The notes: generated by a model from the sequence alone, not told the origin. A stretch of DNA of 64,000 nt from Octopus vulgaris (GCA_951406725.2 OX597826.1:12834001-12898000), one strand, 5' to 3'; shown: positions 31,201 through 46,577, numbered from the stretch's first letter. A program made the numbers and translations.

Positions 31201-31420
31201 CTGACAGGTTTATGGTCGAGCTTGTAGCAGTAGAAACCTCCGGCGTTCTCGACCCCAAATCCATGTCCCTGCTCACCATTACTGGGGCGGAGATGACGCT
31301 GTCCGTAAGTGCGAGCTCCTTGAGTCAGAGTGGCTGTTCCAGCATATCTCTCTCACAATCCTCCAGTGTTACGCCTCCCCCATTTATTCTGCTGAGACCA
31401 TGAGACGGGCTGAATTACAT
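28250..31420 (-). pseudogene. Very decayed Ty3/Gypsy pol relic, in the intron between exons G and H
   Basis: Colinear degenerate motifs seen by eye: TLEDCERDMLEQ (like LLGRDWL), KSVTADP (like KVTVNP), IYAKL, RLSSNI..SIAPELMKT (like RLPFGI.SAPEIFQ), VKTLVH..IKLT, LVPSSPQSKLHRKAH and LHHVW; many stops and frameshifts. Confidence 0.5.
30257..30677. mobile_element. MITE, Merlin-like
   Basis: TIR ggatcttttcggtttgaacggc at both ends; perfect 8-bp TSD tatttgtc; internal taaccctaaccctaa. Confidence 0.85.
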
Positions 31421-31536
31421 GAAATCGATGGAATATTAGAATTTCGTTGCTTACTTTTCTATTTTTCGTTTTCTTCTTTCTTTTCCGTTTTCGTTTCGTT
31501 TAATTATAATTATTTTATTTTATTTGTAAATATTAC

Positions 31537-31790
31537 TGGAGGCGCGTGCCTTAGTAATTAGGGTGTCAACATCGTGATCGTAAAATTGTGGTTTCGATTC
31601 CTGGACCGGGCGACGCGTTGTCTTCTTGAGCAAAACACTTCATTTCACGTTGCTCCAGTCCACTCAGCTGATAAAATTGAGTAACGCTGCGATGGACTGG
31701 CGTCCCGTCCAGCTGGGGAACACATACGCCATAGAAACCGGGAAACCAGGCCCATGAGCCTGGCTAGGCTTTAAAAGGGTGCATTTATTT
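31537..31790 (+). mobile_element. Group C SINE (body 1, tail Z)
   Basis: tRNA head; TSD ttatttgtaaatattactg. Confidence 0.88.
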
Positions 31791-32000
31791 TTTATTATTT
31801 GTAAATATTACTGTGTTTCTCACTGGCTAATTATCACGGACACTCGCCCTTTTTTTTTTTTTACTTCCTCGCCGAAAGAAAAAGAAAACTAAAGATAACT
31901 GAGTAAATAATTAAATAAAATAATTAATTGATAAAGTAAGAGGTCGAATGAAAACTGCGAAGTAACAAACGCAATAGCAAAAGCCATTTGTTTATTGCAC

Positions 32001-32165
32001 CTTGATTAACTAGGGAATTTTCAGATTTTATTTCACATTTATACGTGTCATGACCTTTCAAGAAATACGACTTCTTGCATCCTGTTATCTTCACCTTACT
32101 TCCTACAGTGTAGTTGAAATTGTCGATAACGGCATTGTCTACATCAAGATGGCCACATGAATTTC
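32001..32165 (-). CDS. SUSD2/Mesh-like exon G: sushi/CCP-like domain (3' boundary uncertain)
   Basis: Acceptor ctcacag, phase 1. Translates RNSCGHLDVDNAVIDNFNYTVGSKVKITGCKKSYFLKGHDTYKCEIKSENSLVNQ. Only a weak donor (CAAG|gtgcaa) was found, but its phase fits the next exon. Confidence 0.75.
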
Positions 32166-32283
32166 CTGTGAGTTATAAATAATAATAATCAAAACTAAAA
32201 CAATGATTTAAAAAACACCCATCGAACAATATACTGCGAAGTAACAAACGCAATAGCAAAGCCATTTGTCAATCCTTTTTAAA

Positions 32284-32358
<75 letters not shown>

Positions 32359-33374
32359 TAATAATAATCCTTGATTAACTAGGTTTTCTATGGTTTAATC
32401 ACGGTAGCGTCTATGACATCAGGCTTTCAGAGATCGGCATGAAGACATATTTTGTGAGACTGGAGGCCTGGCCAAAATATTTCCAACAGTGAGGGCCCGC
32501 TAAACACTTTAGGGCTATCTAGTGTTAAACCAGATGATGGATTAAATCTACCAACGAATATGAATGACAAAGAATTAGGTGGCGAGCTGGCAGAATCGAG
32601 TAAAATACTTAACGAAATGTCATCCATCTTTACATCCTCAATTCAAATTCAGCCGGGGGTTGCCTTTGCCTTTCGTCTTTTCGATAAAATAAGTAGCAGT
32701 TGAGTACTAGGAATCGATGTAATTAACTTTTTCCTTTCTATCGAAATCGCTGGCCTTGAGCCAAAATTTGAAACCAGCATGAATGTCATAATTTTTTTCC
32801 TTTCTTTCTTCCTAACTCCAGACCAAAGACAGCATATACAGTGTCCTAGTTTCGATAGCTCTATATAACTTGCTGACATCTCTCAGGATAGAATACTATT
32901 CATGTGAAACAGTAGAAGCTCAGCTTTAGAAGCTGACAATACAAGTGTCACCCCTAGTTACGTCAAAAAATGATTGAGTGGTTAACTTTCTTTTTCATTT
33001 TAATTAATTTTTTTAAGGATCAATGTTATTGTCAGGATCATTGTGGTGATAAGGTCGGCAATGCTCGAGCATATCACTCCTTGTGTTGAGCATATCACTC
33101 CTTAACACGATATTGAAAAGAGCAGCTCTGGATATCAAAATGCAATAAATTTTCTACAACTGTCACTACTATTAACTCTTTCTACTATAAGCACAAAGTC
33201 TGAAATTTTGTAGGAGGAGGTACGTGGATTACATCAAGGCCAATACTCAACTGGAACTTTATTTTATCGACCTCAAAGGAATAAAAGTAAAGTTGACTTC
33301 AGGGGTATTTGAACTCAGAACGTAAAGAAGCGGCGTGCTAAAGATTCTGCCAGCTAGCAACCTAACTAATAATG

Positions 33375-33457
<83 letters not shown>

Positions 33458-33458
<1 letters not shown>

Positions 33459-34212
33459 GATCTTTTCATTTTGAAGGCTAGATTTTCCTAGTTAACTAAA
33501 CAATTTGAAACTTCGTATACTGGTAGAATGCGTCAAAAGAAAACATTATTGTAAACAAAATTGAAAACAAAATTGTAATTCGTAACTTAAACGTAGTTTA
33601 ATTTTAAGAATTTTAACCAATGAAATCGCAGCATTCGAGCTCAAATTATTTACCTCTTCTTCTGTCTTCTACATGTGCTAGAAATAATAGCTATATCTCT
33701 TAAATCGATTAATTTCGTCGCCCAATAAAATTATTAACGATATTTTTTGAATATTTTCTTTATTTTTTTTTACCGAAAAGGCTTCTCCCATGGTATTGAA
33801 GGGCCAGAAACAATAAAAACAAAACAATAATATGCCTAAATCGGTCTCTAGTTTGCGCGTGGAGTGTGAGTAGTATTGTAAAAATTTGCGAAATATTTTT
33901 TCATAAAAGGATGCCCCCAGCTTGTCGGAAACTGTGATATAAATTGGGAAAAAATCCTCGACATCAGTGCGTAATTGGTACTTAATTTATCGACCCCGAA
34001 ACGATGAAACATTTACCCCCCCCCCCTTCTGGTTTATTTACCTTTTGTGCAAATTTGTTGCAGCAAGTGGCAAAACACGAACGTGTAATGTATGCTTGTG
34101 TGCGTATGTGTGTGTATGTATATGTCCGTTTGTATGTGTGTGTACGCTTATATATTAATTACTATGTGCTTGTGCAAATGTATATGCATGTGTTTGAGAG
34201 AGAGAGAGAGAG

Positions 34213-34275
<63 letters not shown>

Positions 34276-34499
34276 TTCTTTATCAATATCGATAACGCAG
34301 CAATGCTGGGATTTCATTGGTTAAAATTCGAAGATGTTGGGATTTCATTGGTTAAAATTCTTAAAATTAAACTACGTTTAAGTTACGAATTACAATTTTG
34401 TTTTCAATTTTGTTTACATTAATGTTTTCTTTTGACACATTCTACCAGTATACGAAGTTTCAAATTGTTTAGTTAACTAGGAAAATCTGGCCTTCAAAA

Positions 34500-34503
<4 letters not shown>
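33458..34503. mobile_element. Pair of about 175-bp inverted Merlin-MITE-like arms flanking an unrelated spacer
   Basis: 33465-33634 is the reverse complement of about 34330-34503; the arms share taactaaac...aaacttcgtatactggtagaatg with the 30257 MITE. Confidence 0.75.
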
Positions 34504-34585
<82 letters not shown>

Positions 34586-35339
34586 AATAATAATAATAGT
34601 CAAGGCGAAGAGCGCGATTCGATTGTAAGATATTTTATTACATGTTTTTTTCTGTCTTTTTCTTTTCGCCTGTTATAAAATTGTAACTTAAAAACTGATG
34701 ATGTCATTCCATCAACGTGTGGACGCTGGTTGCTCTCGTTCATACTTTACATTTAAATTTCTGTAATTTTGAATTCTTTTCACTTCTTATTTTGAACTTG
34801 ACAAAGACAGACTTACTGTTGAAATATCGTTCAACTAATAAAATATTTTACAATCGAATAACACTTGTGGCGTGGAGAGGGGAGGCCGGTATGCATTGGC
34901 GACTGCTGATCTTCCATAAACAACCTTGCCCCGACTTGTGCCTGGGAGGGCAACTTTCTAGGTGCAATCCCACGGTCAGTCATGACCGAAGGAGGTCTCA
35001 GCAGCAGCAGTGATGATGATGATTTCAAATTTTGGCACAAGGCCAGCAATTTCGGAGTAGGGGTTGATTATATCGGCCCCACTGTTCAACTGGTACTTAT
35101 TTTATCGACCTCGAAAGGGTGAACAGTAAAGTCGATTTCAGCAGCATTGGAACACAGAACAGAGAGACGTACGAAATGTTCCTAAGCACTTTGTCCGGCG
35201 CGCTAATACCGCCTGAACAACAGCAATAACAACGACGACGATGACAATGATGACGATGATGATTCTTTTTAACAGATGCACAAGACATGACATTATGTGG
35301 GAAGGGGTTAATCGATTACAACTATTGATAATTATTTTA

Positions 35340-35632
35340 TGGAGATGTACTTGCACAGCAAGTGACCTGATCTGAGATCGTGTGCTGGAACGAAAAAAAA
35401 ATCAGCGTAGAAGGTGTTTATAAGCCATTTAAGCCATTTAAGAAACACACAAAATCCTTTAGATTCACTTCAACATTTAAATTTAATTTGCCAAAATATT
35501 TTCGTCGCTTTGAGACTGGGACCTGTTCAGAATTTTGTCAGTGAACAGGTCGCGATCTCAAAGCGATGAAAATATTTTGACAAATTAAATTTAAATGTTG
35601 AAGTGAATCTAAAGGATTTTGTGTGTTTCTTA
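35340..35632. mobile_element. Fold-back element with about 90-bp inverted arms and a hammerhead-like apex
   Basis: 35440-35529 is the reverse complement of 35542-35632. Confidence 0.75.
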
Positions 35633-35706
35633 GATAATTATTATATTAACCCCGAAACTATATAAAACAAATTTAAGCTCAATAATAACAACTAAAATAT
35701 ACTTAC

Positions 35707-35946
35707 GTGTTTTCTGGCTTTTTGTAAGATACTCGTATAATCGGGCAATATTCTTGCTGTTATGGGCTATGTTTCTATTTCCCGTAACAGCATAATCGTA
35801 TTTGCAAATTTCGCTAAAACGTTCACGACCACATAAAACTTCTGCGTCAGTTGGAATGGTTAAATTAGCCAAACTACCTCCTACAAATGATGTGTCACGT
35901 GCCCTGAAATGTCTAAACAAGCTTTTGGTTCTGTTCAGAACGGCCC
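35707..35946 (-). CDS. SUSD2/Mesh-like exon F: end of VWD and Cys-containing linker
   Basis: Acceptor ttcttcaccag, donor gtaagt, phase 1/1. Translates WAVLNRTKSLFRHFRARDTSFVGGSLANLTIPTDAEVLCGRERFSEICKYDYAVTGNRNIAHNSKNIARLYEYLTKSQKT; C..D...TG is typical of this family. Confidence 0.88.
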
Positions 35947-36195
35947 CTGGTGAAGAACAATAACAAACAGAATAATAAGAAATGACAGGAGAAACGCTAC
36001 GAAGAAGCATATTTGTAAACATACAGTTGATCGATCAAATAGGGTCAGTCATTATAACCAAAAATGTTTGGTATCATTTATCCACCATTAGACGTGTTTC
36101 GTGTCCTTATAGCAGTTACAAAATCGTACATGTAAGAGAAACAAGTAAGTTAACTCCTACAGGTACAGCTTTGTAACTCCTATCAGCAAATGAGG

Positions 36196-36496
36196 TGAAG
36201 GCACATGGCCTAGTGATTAGGGTAGCGGACACGCGGTCGAGGGATCACGGATTCGAATTTCAGACCAGGCGATGTGTGTGTTTATGAGCGAAACACCTAA
36301 GCTCCACGCGGCCCCGGCAGAAGGTAATGGTGAACTTCTGCTGATTCTTTCGCCACAACTTTCTCTCACTCTTTCCTCCTGCATCTGGCAGCTCACCTGC
36401 GACGGACCGGCGTCCCGTCCAGGTGGGGAACCTATACGCCAAAAAAACCGGGAAACTGGCCCTTATGAGCCAGGCATGGCTCGAGAAGGAACAAAC
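36196..36496 (+). mobile_element. Group C SINE (body 2, tail Z)
   Basis: tRNA head; TSD atcagcaaatg. Confidence 0.88.
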
Positions 36497-36756
36497 ATCA
36501 GCAAATGGAACCTGTGTAATGGTAAATAAATAATACCGAAAGTTTTCTTTTCTTTTTCCATCTCCCGTTTTGATATGTAATTGTTCTACAAAAATATTTT
36601 CCTGTATTTTTCACCTCTTATGCATACCTCACACAAATACAGTATATTTACATATGACTTTAGAGAACTGAAATAACCAGATGTGCTTCAAGAGGACACA
36701 CACTGGATTATATTATATATATTAGAAGTATTATTGCAAGGCACTTTGGAGAAATA

Positions 36757-37321
36757 TTGGGATGTCCGGAAAGTTCGTGCCGATTTACAGTAGCTTACCT
36801 TTCGACTTATTTCAGAACATGGTTGAGTCCATTAAATAGGATTTGACAATACCTCCATTTAGAGCATAGTTTAAGCTATCTTTTCGTGGAAGAAGGTTTA
36901 TGTTCCTATAACCTGTGTTAATTCTGTAACCCTTTAAAAGGGAAGATAAGAAAGTTCATTTTCAGCACTTGTGCTTTGGGAACCAGACAAAAATTGCTGC
37001 AGCTCGGCTGGGATGTGTTACCCCACCCTCCATATTCACCAGATATTGCTCCATCGGATTTCCACTTATTCAGGTCTCTGTAGAATAGTCTTAATGGTAA
37101 AAACCTCAATTCCTTGGATGACGTAAAAAGATACCTTGATGAATTCTTTGCCATGAAACCACCTCAATTCAGGGAAGAGGGTATTTTCAAGTTAAAGGAA
37201 AGATGGAGACGCATTGTGCAACAAAATGGTTCATATTTGGTTGATTAAAAATGTAATGGCAAGTATTTATTGACCTTTTTCTTTCTTTTAAAAGTCGGCA
37301 TGAACTTTCTGGACAACCCTA
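36757..37321 (+). mobile_element. Internally deleted mariner with both TIRs
   Basis: TA-ttgggatgtccggaaagttcgtgccga ... tcggcatgaactttctggacaacccta-TA; LGWDVLPHPPYSPDIAPSDFHLFRSL...GIFKLKERWRRIVQQNGSY. Confidence 0.92.
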
Positions 37322-37419
37322 TACTTTTCTTCTGTATACACGTAATGACCAACACATTATGAGCAAAATTGGATAAACGGAAACTGTATGGGAGCCCATC
37401 GGATGTACACACACACATA

Positions 37420-37466
<47 letters not shown>

Positions 37467-37774
37467 ACACACACATACACACACATGCACGCACACACAT
37501 ACATACATACATATATACATACATACATACATACATACATACATACATACATACATACATACATTCTGAGAGTGAGCATGCTCATCGCACTGCGTCTCAG
37601 TATTCACACTGCCATGAACATAATATTTCCAGCAAAACAGGCTCACTTCTTTGCATCTCAGACTTCACATGTCCTCCACATTCAATGTTCGTGTTTTTCC
37701 TACTTTGCAATGCATAACAATGGATAAAATGCAATAAGAAAACAGACAAACGTTAAAAAAGCGTTACAACTTAC

Positions 37775-37847
37775 AGTGAGTAATATTCTGTGGTTGATCA
37801 TCTGTGGTTTTATCATTCCAGGATCCCAGCAACCCATTAACTTTATA
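37775..37847 (-). CDS. SUSD2/Mesh-like exon E: VWD GLLG motif
   Basis: Acceptor ttcttcag, donor gtaagt, phase 0/1. Translates YKVNGLLGSWNDKTTDDQPQNITH. Confidence 0.88.
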
Positions 37848-37920
37848 CTGAAGAATATAAAATATCACAATATTTAGTGAAAAAAAAAAGATGTGTAGTA
37901 ATTCACTCCGTTATTTATAT

Positions 37921-38142
37921 ATTTCTTAACTACCCACCACAAGAGGGGACAAACAAGGACAGACACACGGATTAAGTCGATTACATCGACCCCAGTGCGT
38001 AACTGGTACTTGATTTATCGACCCCGAAGGGATGAAAGGCAAAGTCGACCTCGGCGGAATTTGAACTCAGAACGTAACGGCAGACGAAATACTGTTAAGC
38101 ATTTCGCACGGCGTGCTAACGCTTCTGCCAGCTCACCGCCTT
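37921..38142 (-). mobile_element. Group A SINE
   Basis: Near-identical to other group A copies. Confidence 0.9.
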
Positions 38143-38648
38143 AGGGATGACCTGCATTCAACAACAGGCATGCACGCTTATACGCATTTTTGATACTCCG
38201 CTTGCTCACGCATGTACCTGGAATTAAAAGAAAATTATTGAGGGAGATAATGCACTAGATTGTCAGTTTAAAGGTTTTCTTAGTTCAAATCCTTATGAAG
38301 TATTTATTCGCCTACTTCAGAAAGGCATTAATGTTTACGAGCTTCAGTTAACATACACGCCGGGTAATTTGTGAAAATCTCATCCATAATTTCCTGGTGT
38401 CTCATACAGAAGGAAATTAATCTTTCATTAACTTAATGAAATTAAACTGGAGATAAACAGCATCACTATATCTGTGGAAATTACTACAGACGTCTTTAGA
38501 TGCAATGGACATGCCACGTTAAAACCCTTATATACTGATGTAATGCAAAGTTTGTAGTAATATATCTGTGTGTGTGTGTGTCTGTACATGTGCGTATGTA
38601 ATACATGCAACACACACATATACATACACATTAATACATACATGCATG

Positions 38649-38867
38649 TACGAAGAGGTGGTGAAAAGTTCTTGGCTTTGGGTAAAGAAAAATACAGGAG
38701 GGTCAGTTAATTAATCGTATTTAATACATTCCCCTCTCAGATTCACACACTTTTTATAGTGGTCCTTATGTTTTCTAAGCCCTGTGAAAAAACCTGGGAA
38801 GGCCTAGCCTCTAACTGGGCCTTTCGCGATATCCCTAAAACCAGGAATTTGTCAGCGCCCCATCGTA
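38649..38867. mobile_element. Mariner-derived MITE
   Basis: tacgaagaggtggtgaaaagttc...gaatttgtcagcgccccatcgta; second copy at 44512-45223. Confidence 0.75.
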
Positions 38868-39269
38868 CACGTGCAAACCCATACATGTTTATGTGTTTGC
38901 ACTTGCACATACATATTTATGTACTTACGACCGTCTTCATCAGGTTCACATTTGCACTATCCAGTTGGCCACAGCATTGTGTCAGAGGTGAGAGTAAGAA
39001 CAACCGCCACTGACAGAGGTACGGTTGAGTGGTAAAGAAGCTTCCCTTCGCAAATGTGTTGCGAATGCAAACCTTTTCAGGTTCGATCCCTCTGCACAGC
39101 GTTGGGAGTAAAAAATAGTAGACAGAAACTAGGAGAAAATCCGCTGGGAAGGTAGGTGCTTTGCTTAACCGGGAGATTAAACACACTTTAATATTACAGC
39201 TGGCCATTAGCGACTTCTAGAAAAGTCCACTCCATTGCGAGCATTCACGTCAGGTGCCCGATCAAACGA

Positions 39270-39727
39270 TAGCTTTGAAGCGTTTGGGGGAGGACATTCG
39301 GCGAACGCGATCGGATCTGTGGAGCGCGAAAAAGTGGATTCTACACAACGATAATGTCCCTTGTCATCGAGCTCTCCTCTCACTTGAGTTTCTCGCCAAA
39401 AACAACATGGTATTGCTTCTGAGCTCACTCTATTCACCAGATTTAACACCTGCGGACTTTCATCTCTCCCCCAAGATGAAAATGCAGCTCAAAAGTCATC
39501 GTTTTAACACTGTTGTCGAGGAGATCCAGAGCGATTCGCAGAAGGTTCCCTACCCGCTTACCGAAAATGGTTTCCAGGCCGGATTCCAAAAGTGAGCAGG
39601 AAAGCTGGGACCAGTGTATTGCTGCGCAAGGTAACTATTTTTAAGGAGATGGTGTTAAAACTTAGGTAAATAAGTTAGTTTTTATTTAACATAACACTTC
39701 CAGAAACCTTTCCACTCTACCTCATAT
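39270..39727 (+). mobile_element. Mariner transposase C-terminal fragment with decayed right TIR
   Basis: WILHNDNVPCH...YSPDLTPADFHLSPKMK...WDQCIAAQGNYF. Confidence 0.88.
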
Positions 39728-39816
39728 ACATACATATATACATGCATACATACATACATACATACATACATACATACATACATACATACATACATACATA
39801 CATACATGCATATATA

Positions 39817-39847
<31 letters not shown>

Positions 39848-39854
39848 ATGTATA

Positions 39855-42132
<2,278 letters not shown>

Positions 42133-42139
42133 AAACTCA

Positions 42140-43156
42140 CCTCCTCTCTTCATCCGACCCTAATCTCACACGGATTCCCACACACTTCCCACATTCAACT
42201 GCCCCCATCCACCTACACATTTTGCTTACCGCCTGCCTCAGTACCCTAACTACACACACACACACACACACACATCACTATAAAACATAGTTACATGCTA
42301 TTCTACTCATCACTCATTTCGCAGACCATTACACACATACCCACAGCACCTTTCCACTCCACATACACTAGAAACGACCGCTTCTCATCACCCATACCGC
42401 ACAACATTATTCACGCACCTCACACACAATCTTCAATAGCGACACCACATTTATCATTATACGAGCAACCACACACACTGTTGAACTCAATACACGCATC
42501 ACACACCATCATGCACACTTCCACACCCTCATAAGCACATGATACCTGAACTCAGACAATATACACATACACATACAACATGCACAAGCACGCACAACAC
42601 GCATAGGTAATGATAGCTTTCACCCACAAGCATACGCTATACACATGCACACTATTTGGTCACACACACACACACATACACACATACACATGTGCACACA
42701 CCACTTGGAAAAGCACACATCAACTGGTACACACAACACACACACAGCTTACACACACACCTTACACACACATACATGCACACGTCAGACTCACTCGCCC
42801 CCATTCACACATACACACTCACAAACACAAACGCACGCGCACTTTAGTTCGTTGGGATCACTATTATTATCTCCCTTTCGTTCAACCTATTTTTTATTAT
42901 CTCCCTTTCGTTCAACTTTTTTAGTCATCCAGCCATGTTGGGCCGGTAAACTCTATACAGTTTTCTCTCTCCGTTATTTTATTATTATTATTTTTTCATT
43001 CTCTCCATTATTTTCTCTTATTCCTTTCTGTCGAACAGCATAGGCTCGAAACGTGAAAGACTTTTCCATTTTTCCCGAGCGTTAAACTAATATATCTGCT
43101 TGTTGTTCCTACACCTGTGTTCGTCTTTCATATTTTTTTTTGTAAATTTGAACATT

Positions 43157-43160
<4 letters not shown>
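42140..43160 (+). mobile_element. CA-rich Penelope-like 3' region ending in a variant hammerhead unit
   Basis: ctttctgtcgaacagcataggctcgaaacgtgaaag at about 43024-43059; both ends abut (TA)n. Confidence 0.55.
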
Positions 43161-43242
<82 letters not shown>

Positions 43243-44171
43243 CATTAATGAAGGCAATGATAAAAATATTAAAGGTGAACACATACTAGTGTTGTATTCA
43301 TTTCCCTAACAATGTATTTGTAGCAATTACGCGTAATCCTTATCTCTTTATACATAGATACATAAATACATACATACATACATATATATATATACTACAA
43401 ATATAGTATCCTGTATATATATATGCGTGTGTGTGTGTGTGTGTGTGTGAGTGTGTATGTATATTCATGTTTTTAATAAACATATATATATATATATGCA
43501 TATGTATATATATACATATATAAAAAGTATGTGTGTGTGTGCCCAAATATCTGTGATGTGACACAAGTGTGTGAACATGGAAGGAAACACATATGTGATT
43601 CAAAGCAAAGCGTTCACTGTGGATGTGAAAGAGAGGGAGAGAGTGAGGGAGTGAGAGGGAGACGGTAATTATCTAATTAAATGAATACTGCGTATTTACA
43701 CCAGACATCCAAGTGGATACAAGCGATCATAAGAGGGCGCGATGCGAGAACTGGAAATAAAAATGGTGGATGTAACGTGATGTAGCGTGTAACGTCAGGT
43801 TGTTGAAGTGTTTTGGCTGAAGATTTAATTACAGTTTTGCCTATAAGACAAGCTATAAAAAAAATCAAGCACAAATCAAGGAGTGACCCTTAACGTGATG
43901 ATTCCATCTGAAAGAAATAGTAAATTATGGTTTCAGATCATAACTTACCATCTTAAAATTCGTGAAACACTTATCAATATACAACGAGGTACATTAATTG
44001 TCCATTAACTATAGCGAAGAAAAAAAAAGCATAGGGTATTTATAGTTCTGATGATTTCTGCTTGTATATCGACCCGATCGAGTCTTGCCTTCGACTAGAC
44101 AAATACAGACGCTCGCGCACACACATATACACGCACACATACACATACATTTATGTATACATACATACATA

Positions 44172-44430
44172 CAGACGGAAACTGAAAGAAGCCTGTCGTA
44201 TATATGTATATATATATATGCGTGTGTATGTTTGTCCCCCTAGCATTGCTTGACAACCGATGCTGGTCTGTTTATGTCTCCGTTACTTAGCGGTTCGGCA
44301 AAAGAGACCGATAGAATAAGTACTGGGCTTACAAAAGAATAAGTCCCGGGGTCGAGTTGCTCGATTAAAGATGGTGCTCCAGCATGGCCGCAGTCAAATG
44401 ACTGAAACAAGTAAAAGAGAAAAAAGAGTA
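44172..44430 (+). mobile_element. Group B SINE, 3' part
   Basis: acggaaactgaaagaagcc...cagtcaaatgactgaaacaagtaaaagag. Confidence 0.88.
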
Positions 44431-44539
44431 TACATACATACATACATACATACATACATACATACATACATACATACATGCACACACACATATGTGTATA
44501 TATGTATGTATATAGGGTGCTGAAAAGTTCCTATCTTTA

Positions 44540-44781
44540 CTCTTACTTTTTTACTCTTTTACTTGTTTCAGTCATTTGACTGTGGCCATGCTGGAGCACC
44601 GCATTTAATCTAGCAAATCGACCCCAGGACTTATTCTTTGTAAACCTAGTACTTATTCTATCGCTCAACTTTTGCCGAACCGCTAAGTTACGGGGATGTA
44701 AACACACCAGCATCGGTTGTCAAGCAATGTTGGGTGGGAGGAGACAAACACAGACACACAAACATATACATACACACATAC

Positions 44782-44848
<67 letters not shown>

Positions 44849-45032
44849 CATATATATATACATATATACGACGGGCTTCTTTCAGTTTCCATCTACCAAA
44901 TCCACTCACAAGGCTTTGGTCGGCCCGAGGCAATAGAAAAAGACTCTTGCCCAAGGTGCCACGAAGTGGGGCAGAACCCGGAACCATGTGGTTTGCAAGC
45001 AAGCTACTTACCACACAGCCACCCCTACGCGT
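44540..45032 (-). mobile_element. Full group B SINE inserted in a mariner MITE
   Basis: tRNA head, ccttgggcaag core-like block, internal microsatellite; flanks rejoin into the 38649-type MITE. Confidence 0.9.
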
Positions 45033-46356
45033 GTGGGTAAAGGAAAATACTGGGGGATCAATTAATTATGATTTTATCCAGCATAGTCCTCTCTCAGATT
45101 TGCACACCTATTGCAGAAATACTTCAGTTTTTCTTAGCCCTGTAAAAGAACTCGGAAGGGTGGGCCTCCAGCCAAGCTTTTCGCGATACCCTTAACGCCA
45201 GGAACTTTTCAGCACCCCTCGTATATATTGTTTTGAGTATTTGATTTCTGATGGTGTCTGTGACATGCGGTAAATCTTGCAGACTCTTAGACATGTCGGA
45301 GGTCGTTAGACTTCATGTTTGATCATAAGTGATTTCTTTTATAGCGTACCGAATTGTTGAACCAATAGAGACCCTCGCCTTGAATCACAGAAACAGAAAG
45401 TGAACTTGGGAAAGAAATAAACAGAATGAGCGATCAGATAAAGGGGATGAATGAGGGAAAGAGGAAGTGAAAAGAAGAGGAGAAGAGTGTAATAAACAGA
45501 GAGAGAGAGAGAGAGAGAGACTTTGTGTGTGTGTGTGTGAAAAGAAATAATGATTACAATAGTAAAAGTCGGGCAAAGAAAGATGTAAATGTGTAAGTTA
45601 GACGAGAAAGACTTGACAAGAAGGCGTTTTAAAATAGGGAAATTTTCAAATTGCTTGAAAGAGAGAAGTAGGTAATCGGAATAGTAAATAAAGAGATACA
45701 AAGAGAGGTTTCGCAGATCCAAATAGCAAATGAATAGTTGGTGGGAGAGAGAGAGAGGGGGATGAGAGAGAGAGAGAGAGAGAAGGAGGGAAGGAAAGAA
45801 ATATTTATTCCTAATTGTCAAAGATAATAGGAAGAAAAAAAATTTAACTCATGCCTTGAGGCGTCAAGCGAACTTACAGAAGAATTGGTTCATTACACTA
45901 AAGCGCACAAATATGTAATGTCACACGCATGTGCACAAAGGTGCAATTAACCCCCCCCCCCTGCACACAAATACACAATGACACATTCATGCACAAATGT
46001 GCAATGACATTCAGACACACACACACACACACATAGGCAATTACAAACTAATGTACGCGCATGTGCAATGACAGATTAAGTCAGTGGTATAACTGCCGTG
46101 TCCCTTAATTCAGTCATACCATTCACAACAAACCTAGTTTCAGTACGTATATACACGCTGTGTATATACACGCTGCTGTGTATATACATAGCTATTCTCA
46201 AACTGAAGAGAGATTCTCATCCACACACACACATACATTCACGCTCACACACAAACACATACACACTCAGATGCGCGTAGAGACAAACATACATATATGT
46301 ATGCCCATGTGTGTGCTTGTAGATGTATAATTGTCTAGGTAGACAGACAGACAGGC

Positions 46357-46459
<103 letters not shown>

Positions 46460-46515
46460 TAGATAGATAGATAATATTGTGTGTCTGTGTATGTGTGTGT
46501 ATCTGTTTATGGGTA

Positions 46516-46561
<46 letters not shown>

Positions 46562-46577
46562 CTAGTGCGTGTATATA

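Noticed and set aside
31080-31403. 107-aa plus-strand Ser-rich ORF
   Set aside because: Antisense shadow of the decayed pol-like frame on the minus strand. An Academ transposase reading was also considered, but motif order fits Gypsy better.
37560-37720. Candidate extra exon SLFCWKYYVHGSV between exons E and F
   Set aside because: In-frame stop after the only plausible acceptor, and E and F already join in phase.
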